A stretch of 33,117 nt of DNA, from the IMG/VR virus record IMGVR_UViG_3300027804_000146, positions 1-33,117 of that record; one strand, given 5' to 3'. The stretch is from a virus. Lineage: Duplodnaviria; Caudoviricetes. The position numbers and the translations under genes are program-made. Each line of letters opens with the position of its first letter. Positions within the stretch are counted from its first letter, which is position 1. Shown here one piece after another: positions 27,090-33,117 of the stretch. The notes beneath the pieces were generated by a model. The model was not told where the DNA came from, ran no database searches, and saw nothing but the letters and a program-made list of their open reading frames with translations.

Positions 27090-28702
27090 TGGCTATTAGA
27101 AAGTCATCAAATTTAGGTATTCCTTTTGGAGGTACTTCAGGTCGTCCTGCAAATCCAGCTAATGGTCAGCCATACTTTAATGGCGATATTGGAAGATTAG
27201 AATTATATACATCTGCTACAGGTTGGCAAAATATTGTGCAGGAAACTCCTGGCGTAGCCAGCGCAACAGGCACTTATAATGAGTCTGCTGGATCTGGCAC
27301 ATTCACAGTTTCTGGAACAAATTTTGTATCTGGAGCTATCGCATATGCTGTTGGAACAAATGGTGTTGAATACGAAGCAGCATCAACTACTTATAATTCT
27401 TTAGTTCAATTAACTGTTACATTTTCAAATTTATCAGTTGCGTATGAACCATATGATATTAAAGTTATAAATCCATCAAACCTGTTTGGATTACTTCCAG
27501 ATGCGTTCTATATTAATGATAATCCAGTGTGGTCAACATCAGCAGGCTCCCTTGGAACATTTAATTCTGGAAGCTCAGTAAGCTTACAGTTATCTGTAAC
27601 AGATGATGAATCTAACTCATTAACATATACCGTTTCTTCAGGATCTCTTCCTGGAGGTTTGTCGCTATCTTCAGCAGGTTTAATTTCTGGAACAATTGTT
27701 GCAACTAGTGGCACATCATCATTTACGGTATCAGTATCTGATGGGAACAATCCGAGCCAAACAAGATCGTTTAGTATAACATGTTTAGCACCAGTAGTTA
27801 CTGGTGGAACTCTAACATCTGACTCAACTTATTATTACAGAGCTTTTACTGGAAGCGGAACATTAGCAGTTTCTAATGCATCTTTAACAGCTGATCTATT
27901 GATTGTTGCTGGAGGTGGTCCAGGAGGAGGAAACCTTGCTGGTGGAGGCGGAGCTGGAGGCTACAAGGCATACACTTCTTATTCTATTCCAGCAGCATCT
28001 CATTCGGTAACAATTGGCGCTGGCGGCGCAAGAGTACAAGGATCTCAGACTGGAGGAAGAGGATCTAATGGAACCAACACCTCTCTAGGAAGTATATTTA
28101 CTTGCATAGGAGGAGGAGCTGGTGGTTCAGGAGAACCAGGATCTGAATTCAATGGACTTTCTGGAGGATCTGGTGGAGGATCAACTGGCTATACCGCTTC
28201 TGTAACAAGAGCATCTGGTACATCTGGACAGGGTTACGATGGTGGAGTTTCTGGAAGAGGAGGACCAAATTATCCAGGAGCTGGGGGAGGAGGTTCTTCC
28301 GCACAAGGAGAAGATGTTTCAAATTCTAATAATAGAGCTGGAGATGGCGGAGCAGGAACTCTAAACGCAATACTTGGAACAAACTATTATTGGGCAGCAG
28401 GAGGCGGCGGAGGAATTTATGTGGCTGGATCAACTAGAGCTGGTAATGGAGGCATTGGCGGTGGCGGAGGCGGAGGCTCTAACGGTTCCGCTGCTGGAAC
28501 AGGTGGAGGAAGTGCTTACAATTCTGGTTTAAGTGGTACTGCTGTAAACACAGGTGGCGTAAGTACAGGAAACACTGGTGGTGATGCTGGAGCAAATACT
28601 GGCTCTGGTGGTGGAGGAGCATGCCATAGTGCTAGCACTGGTGGTGCAGGCGGTTCTGGAATTGTAGTTGTTCGTTATACAAAAGCAGCAGTTGGCGGTT
28701 AG
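27089..28702 (+). CDS. adhesin tip class E, copy 3: Ig-like domains + glycine-rich head (537 aa)
   Basis: Start at TAATG overlap; GIPFGGTSGRPANP, EPYDIKVINP, SGSLPGGLSL, VTGGTLTSDSTYYYRAF..GGSGIVVVRY. Confidence 0.8.
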   Translation: MAIRKSSNLGIPFGGTSGRPANPANGQPYFNGDIGRLELYTSATGWQNIVQETPGVASATGTYNESAGSGTFTVSGTNFVSGAIAYAVGTNGVEYEAASTTYNSLVQLTVTFSNLSVAYEPYDIKVINPSNLFGLLPDAFYINDNPVWSTSAGSLGTFNSGSSVSLQLSVTDDESNSLTYTVSSGSLPGGLSLSSAGLISGTIVATSGTSSFTVSVSDGNNPSQTRSFSITCLAPVVTGGTLTSDSTYYYRAFTGSGTLAVSNASLTADLLIVAGGGPGGGNLAGGGGAGGYKAYTSYSIPAASHSVTIGAGGARVQGSQTGGRGSNGTNTSLGSIFTCIGGGAGGSGEPGSEFNGLSGGSGGGSTGYTASVTRASGTSGQGYDGGVSGRGGPNYPGAGGGGSSAQGEDVSNSNNRAGDGGAGTLNAILGTNYYWAAGGGGGIYVAGSTRAGNGGIGGGGGGGSNGSAAGTGGGSAYNSGLSGTAVNTGGVSTGNTGGDAGANTGSGGGGACHSASTGGAGGSGIVVVRYTKAAVGG

Positions 28703-28705
28703 CCT

Positions 28706-30463
28706 ATGTCTTATCAACTTAAAGTAATTAAAGATTATCCAATCGGATTTTGGCCACTAGATGAATCATCTGGAACAACAGCTTCTGATATTTCAGGATG
28801 TGGAAATAATGCTACATATGTAGGATCTCCTGCATCTAATATGTTGCCTTTAGTCTCTGGCGGGATATCTGGAACACGAATAACAAATACAGCATATATA
28901 ACATTACCAACATCAAAAGACTTCTATGGCTCAACCGTCTCAAACGGCCTTGCAAATAAATATTCATCAGATAATGATTTTACATTAGAGGTATGGATTA
29001 ATCCGTCAATTCAATCATCTTCAGAAACAATTATATTTGCAGACTCTACAGATGATATAGGTTTATATTGGGAAAAAGGCGACATTATATTTAAAGTTTC
29101 AGATGCTGAACAAATTCGGTGGGCTCTAACATATACTAAAAAATCAATACACCTAGTAGGAGTATATTCAGTAAATTCTATTTCTTTATATATTGATGGA
29201 ACTCAGGTTGCTACAAAAAGCATAGATGCCGACTTTAAATTTACCAACACAACCCTTGACCTACAAATAGGACCTACATCTAATTCATCAGATTCTTTTA
29301 TAGTAGATGCCCCAGCGGTATACAGATATGGATTAAATGAGGCAGCAATTGTTAGACATTATAATGATGCTAGTTATTACATACAGCCAATACATGTTGT
29401 GAATCCAGAAGATGGAATTCTATTCTCCTGCTCAGATAGAGGAAAGAAGATAGACTTTGATTATACCTATGGCGTAGATGCTCAGTGGGATGACTTTGTA
29501 GATTCGAATACTTATTATGACGATAAGGGTAAATATATTGGATTTATTCCAACTACTACCGCAGAATCTAAATCGTTTGTAATAAATGACTTTTTATTTA
29601 TTCCAACAGAATCTGGTTTTATAGATTCTAAAATTGAGTGGCGGAACGAATTAGGAATAACAGTACAAACAAGTATTGACGGAACAACCTATACATCTTG
29701 TGCAAATGGTGAATCAATTCCTCAATATAAAAAGGGAAGCTTTAGTACAAGCGGACTTCTATATATTAGAATTACTATGAGTACTACAGATGCTAGCAAA
29801 TTCCTGCCAAGACTTTCATATTTCTCAATTAGATTCTATAGCCAAGCAAGAATATATGCTGATAATTTTAATAGCTATATTGAGTCAGATGATCAATTTG
29901 CTGTAGGGTCTTTAAATTATTCTCCTCTTTCAAAGCATTATAATAATGGAATTAGGGTTAAAACAGATACTGGATTTAAATTAAATACAAGCAGATTAAT
30001 TAAGACATTAGAGTTCTTCTACACTCCTTCTACATTGACCGATAGCGGCCTTGTGAGCTCCATAGCGGACACTGTATACTCTGCCTCGAACTATTCGTGG
30101 CGGAACAGTGGAACAGTCTCTAAAACCAATATAAGCAAGATCTATGTAAATAATGTAGATAAAACTAATCAGACAGACATTGCAAATGTATTTACAGTAG
30201 GTGAATTACATCATGTCGTAATTATCTACAATTCAGCAATTTCAGATGACATTACATTTAATTATTCATTATATGGAGCAGTAAATGCCCTATATAACAA
30301 CATAGCTTTATATGAAAGGACCTTTACGCAGTCTGATGTAAATACCCATTTCAACCTATATTGTGGAAGACCCTCCAATTCAGTCACAGATCCAGTCATA
30401 GACATGACAGAATTAACTCCAGTATATTATGATAATGACTGGGTAGTGGTACAAAGTATCTAA
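28706..30463 (+). CDS. LamG/concanavalin A-like domain virion protein (585 aa)
   Basis: PIGFWPLDESSGTTASDISG; FTLEVWI; HLVGVY...LYIDG; PAVYRYGL...HY; a second LamG-like unit (IYVNN..HHVVI..IALYERTF..HF). Confidence 0.8.
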   Translation: MSYQLKVIKDYPIGFWPLDESSGTTASDISGCGNNATYVGSPASNMLPLVSGGISGTRITNTAYITLPTSKDFYGSTVSNGLANKYSSDNDFTLEVWINPSIQSSSETIIFADSTDDIGLYWEKGDIIFKVSDAEQIRWALTYTKKSIHLVGVYSVNSISLYIDGTQVATKSIDADFKFTNTTLDLQIGPTSNSSDSFIVDAPAVYRYGLNEAAIVRHYNDASYYIQPIHVVNPEDGILFSCSDRGKKIDFDYTYGVDAQWDDFVDSNTYYDDKGKYIGFIPTTTAESKSFVINDFLFIPTESGFIDSKIEWRNELGITVQTSIDGTTYTSCANGESIPQYKKGSFSTSGLLYIRITMSTTDASKFLPRLSYFSIRFYSQARIYADNFNSYIESDDQFAVGSLNYSPLSKHYNNGIRVKTDTGFKLNTSRLIKTLEFFYTPSTLTDSGLVSSIADTVYSASNYSWRNSGTVSKTNISKIYVNNVDKTNQTDIANVFTVGELHHVVIIYNSAISDDITFNYSLYGAVNALYNNIALYERTFTQSDVNTHFNLYCGRPSNSVTDPVIDMTELTPVYYDNDWVVVQSI

Positions 30464-30464
30464 A

Positions 30465-30485
30465 TTTGTCACTTACCTTGACAAA
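30465..30485. promoter_or_regulatory. palindromic operator-like site
   Basis: TTTGTCA-CTTACCT-TGACAAA, a perfect 7-bp inverted repeat ending 4 bp upstream of the -35 below. Confidence 0.5.
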
Positions 30486-30489
30486 AAGC

Positions 30490-30518
30490 TGGACTTAGAT
30501 AGTAAAGAATGGTAAAAT
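30490..30518 (+). promoter_or_regulatory. sigmaA-type promoter, probably leaderless transcript
   Basis: TGGACT - 17 nt - TAAAAT with extended TG; ATG 8 nt after the -10 and no SD. Confidence 0.75.
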
Positions 30519-30526
30519 AAAACTCT

Positions 30527-30874
30527 ATGGATATCAAAAGAGTAGGCGCTAAATTTAATGAAGACGAGACAACTCTCGGAATCTATGTCTGGGAGATGCC
30601 AGACGGACGCTGGATAGGAGACGACGATGGGAATTTTCTTTCAGTCACGTCCAAAAAAGGCAATAGATCCAGAATCGATGCTTTGGCTAGAGAAGTTCGC
30701 ACATACGGTATATATGAGGGCGGGCCTAAATTTCTTATGGGTAAGCGAAAGATCAACGACGAAGAATACGAAGAACAACAGCAAAGATTAAAGTGGGGAC
30801 TTACACCAGACCCGCTTGATATTGGTGAATATAAGGACCAGATGAAGGCCATTAAAAATGGGGGAACAAGATGA
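30527..30874 (+). CDS. hypothetical protein preceding portal (115 aa)
   Basis: Own promoter and ATGA coupling to portal. GIYVWEMPDG..DDDGNFL..GLTPDPLD resembles, from memory, the pre-portal gene of large Streptomyces siphoviruses. Confidence 0.7.
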   Translation: MDIKRVGAKFNEDETTLGIYVWEMPDGRWIGDDDGNFLSVTSKKGNRSRIDALAREVRTYGIYEGGPKFLMGKRKINDEEYEEQQQRLKWGLTPDPLDIGEYKDQMKAIKNGGTR

Positions 30875-32457
30875 GCGTAAAATTTATTGATGATGAAGGC
30901 GGAGAAGAAGTATCAATCTCTAACGTTGCAGACTGGATGAGATTTAATACTCCAGTAGAGTCAAAGAGCACTGACCCATTTAAAATTGAAGGCGAAGATT
31001 TAACAAAGGTATCTGGATTAGGTGCTTCATTCCGTCGTAAGATGAATAGAGATTTGCAAAAGCGTTTCCAAGGAATTGAAGGAACAGAAACACAACAGAA
31101 CCTTCTTGCACAAGCTATCACTGGTTATGCAATGTTTGACCTTATTGAGCCACCATATAACTTAGACTACCTTTCACAGATTTATGAAATTTCGCCATAC
31201 AACTATGCAGCAATTAATGCCAAGGTTTCTAATATCGTTGGCCTAGGTCATGATTTTATTGAGACAAGAAAAACACAAGAAGCATTTGATAACATTACAG
31301 ATGACAAAGCGCTAGAACGTGCTCGTCGTAAACTAAATCGTCTTCGTCAAGATCTTTATGATTGGCTAGAAGAGTGCAATGAAGAAGAAACATTTACTGA
31401 AACTTTAATTAAAGCCTATACAGATGTTGAGGCAACAGGTAACGGATATATTGAAATCGGCAGAACTTCTGCAGGCAAGATTGGATATATCGGTCATATC
31501 CCAGCAAAGACAATGCGTGTGCGTCGCCTACGTGACGGTTTCATCCAGTTGCTTTACGGCAAGGCCGTATACTTCCGCAACTTCGGAGACCAGTCAACAC
31601 CAAATCCGATTGATGGCGGACTAGAAAGACCAAATGAGATTATTCATTTAAAGAAGTATACCCCAACAAATAACTATTACGGTATTCCAGATATCATTGC
31701 ATCACAGAATGCGATGGCAGGAAACGAATTCGCTGGCAAGTATAACCTTGACTACTTTGAGAATAAGGCGGTTCCAAGATATATTATCACTGTAAAGGGT
31801 GCTAAGCTATCTACAGAATCAGAGCGTAAGCTCCTTGAATTTTTCCAAGTAGGTCTAAGAGGCAAGAATCATAGATCTCTATATATTCCACTTCCACCAG
31901 ATTCACCAGATTCAAAGGTTGAATTTAAGATGGAGCCTATCGAGGCAGGAACTCAAGAGTCATCATTTAACGTGTATCGTAAATCTAATAGAGATGAAAT
32001 TCTATTATCTCACCGTGTCCCAATTAATAAAATTGGAACTCCAGAAGGAGTTAACTTGGCGGTAGCAAGAGATGCCGATAAGACATTTAGAGAGCAGGTA
32101 TGTCGTCCAGCTCAAATGAATTTAGAAAAGAAATTAAATAAGATTATTCAGGAAATGACAGATGCCCTATTACTTAAATTCAATGAATTGACTCTAACCG
32201 ATGAGGACACCCAGTCTAAGATCGATGAGAGATATTTGAGAATGCAGGTAATTACCCCTAATGAAGTTAGAATTAGAATGGGCATGATCCCACTAGATGG
32301 TGGAGATAAAGTTGTAGAATTAAAGCCACAGGCCCAGGCAGAAGTTAGGGCCCAGGCTGGTCAAACTAGAACTAGAGATTCTGAAAGGTCTGCAAATTCA
32401 CCAGATATTTCTGGGGAGGGCAGAAATGCTCAGGGCGACGGACGACAAGTCAACTAG
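30871..32457 (+). CDS. phage portal protein (PBSX/HK97-like family, 528 aa)
   Basis: TGNGYIEI; HIPAKTMR; NEIIHLK....YYGIPD; YFENKAVP; RDEILLSHRVP..IG; ITPNEVR..MGM.PLDGGD. Confidence 0.92.
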   Translation: MSVKFIDDEGGEEVSISNVADWMRFNTPVESKSTDPFKIEGEDLTKVSGLGASFRRKMNRDLQKRFQGIEGTETQQNLLAQAITGYAMFDLIEPPYNLDYLSQIYEISPYNYAAINAKVSNIVGLGHDFIETRKTQEAFDNITDDKALERARRKLNRLRQDLYDWLEECNEEETFTETLIKAYTDVEATGNGYIEIGRTSAGKIGYIGHIPAKTMRVRRLRDGFIQLLYGKAVYFRNFGDQSTPNPIDGGLERPNEIIHLKKYTPTNNYYGIPDIIASQNAMAGNEFAGKYNLDYFENKAVPRYIITVKGAKLSTESERKLLEFFQVGLRGKNHRSLYIPLPPDSPDSKVEFKMEPIEAGTQESSFNVYRKSNRDEILLSHRVPINKIGTPEGVNLAVARDADKTFREQVCRPAQMNLEKKLNKIIQEMTDALLLKFNELTLTDEDTQSKIDERYLRMQVITPNEVRIRMGMIPLDGGDKVVELKPQAQAEVRAQAGQTRTRDSERSANSPDISGEGRNAQGDGRQVN

Positions 32458-32474
32458 CCCTACTCAACCATTAT

Positions 32475-32503
32475 TTGCGTTATAGTGAATAACACTATAA
32501 AAT
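32475..32503 (+). promoter_or_regulatory. promoter with embedded palindrome, probably leaderless transcript
   Basis: TTGCGT - 17 nt - TAAAAT; TTATAGTG-AATAA-CACTATAA (32480-32500) spans the spacer; ATG 7 nt after the -10. Confidence 0.7.
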
Positions 32504-32510
32504 AAAGCAT

Positions 32511-33117
32511 ATGAACATTGAAAAATCTTTATGGTCTTCACATGGCGATAACATCAGTTTATCTGTGCCATTCACAAAAGTTAATCGTGAAAAGCGCACC
32601 GTTTCTGGTTTTGCGACACTAGATAACTTAGATCAAACAGGCGATGTTGTTTCAGCAGAAGCAAGCCTAAAGGCATTTGAAAGCTTCCGTGGCAACATTC
32701 GTGAAATGCATGGATCAAATGCAGTTGGTAAGATGGTTTCATTTAGACCAGAAACATTTTATGATCCAGCAACAAAAGAATTTTATAATGGCGTTTATGT
32801 AGATGCATACATCTCAAAGGGTGCACAAGATACTTGGGAAAAGATTCTTGATGGAACTCTAGCAGGATTCTCAATCGGCGGAAAGATTGTAGATTCAGAA
32901 AACGAAGTTAACAAGTCAACTGGTAAAACAGTTCGCTTTATTAAAGAATACTCATTGATGGAGTTGTCAGTAGTTGACTCACCAGCAAATGAGCTATGCA
33001 ACATCTTGTCTGTTCAGAAGATGAACGGTCAGCTAGTATTTAAAGGAATGGCAACAGAAGTTGTAGCAGAAAATATTTTTTACTGTGCAGACAGTGATTC
33101 AGTATTTGTATCAACAG
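32511..33117 (+). CDS. prohead (capsid maturation) protease, HK97/XkdF-like; runs off the window end, not in the ORF track
   Basis: Manual translation MNIEKSLWSS..RTVSGFATLDNLDQTGDVV..IREMH..AVGK..WEKILDGTLAGFSIGG..ELSVVDSPAN shows the catalytic His and Ser motifs; directly follows portal. Confidence 0.9.
   Translation, partial: MNIEKSLWSSHGDNISLSVPFTKVNREKRTVSGFATLDNLDQTGDVVSAEASLKAFESFRGNIREMHGSNAVGKMVSFRPETFYDPATKEFYNGVYVDAYISKGAQDTWEKILDGTLAGFSIGGKIVDSENEVNKSTGKTVRFIKEYSLMELSVVDSPANELCNILSVQKMNGQLVFKGMATEVVAENIFYCADSDSVFVST

Larger units (their letters stand above)
16635..28702 (+). repeat. diverged tandem duplication of a ~6-kb five-gene cassette (16635-22662 and 22716-28702)
   Basis: Same order A-B-C-D-E with matching N-terminal peptides and domain layouts; local identical DNA tracts. 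Confidence 0.85.

Noticed and set aside
9748-28702. Programmed frameshifts or stop readthrough fusing adaptors to tips
   Set aside because: Junctions are clean TAATG overlaps with their own SD-like sequences and conserved N-terminal peptides. No consistent slippery heptamer seen.
10814-28702. PE-PGRS or collagen annotation for the Gly-rich proteins
   Set aside because: There is no PE domain and no sustained Gly-X-Y periodicity; the pattern is poly-Gly runs separated by variable loops.
5752-28717. Many minus-strand and alternative-frame ORFs within the fibre array (e.g. 12710-13348, 15456-16031, 21447-22073)
   Set aside because: These are shadows of Thr/Ala/Gly/Ser codon bias (antisense reads Val/Pro/Ala-rich); they have no independent signals and are fully nested in convincing genes.
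30583-33004. Short ORFs nested in the pre-portal, portal and protease genes (30583-30852, 30852-31121, 31424-31624, 32795-33004)
   Set aside because: Antisense or off-frame to well-supported head genes.
1-33117. CRISPR array, tRNA/rRNA genes, integrase, transposase or alternative genetic code
   Set aside because: No regularly spaced repeats. Intergenic gaps are short with no cloverleaf seen, there are no mobile-element motifs, and standard-code ORFs tile the window densely.

Overview
This AT-rich 33-kb window is part of a tailed dsDNA phage (Caudoviricetes) genome. An actinobacterial, probably freshwater, host is inferred from apparently leaderless sigmaA-type promoters, GAAAGG/AGGAGG ribosome-binding sites and a LamG-small protein-portal-protease gene order. 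The left end (1-4.7 kb) holds small minus-strand ORFs, a membrane-anchored lytic transglycosylase, a GT4-type glycosyltransferase, a class II ribonucleotide reductase and a holin-like gene. The right end holds a LamG protein, a portal and a truncated prohead protease. The central ~24 kb (4.8-28.7 kb) is an unusually large tail-fibre/adhesin array. It has trunk-like fibre genes, then three copies each of paralog classes labelled here A (MAxKxFKVK), C (MxRxRD), D (MAxxxxxWxGTxW) and E (GIPF/YG + Ig), two copies of B (MADLR), and one F gene. A five-gene A-B-C-D-E cassette is tandemly duplicated. There are nine predicted adhesin tips: eight glycine-rich, in two circularly permuted forms, and one LamG-like. 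The number of candidate docking modules matches the number of tips, which suggests a hierarchical, branched, plug-and-socket receptor-binding apparatus. All calls come from reading the sequence and recalling motifs; no database searches were run.
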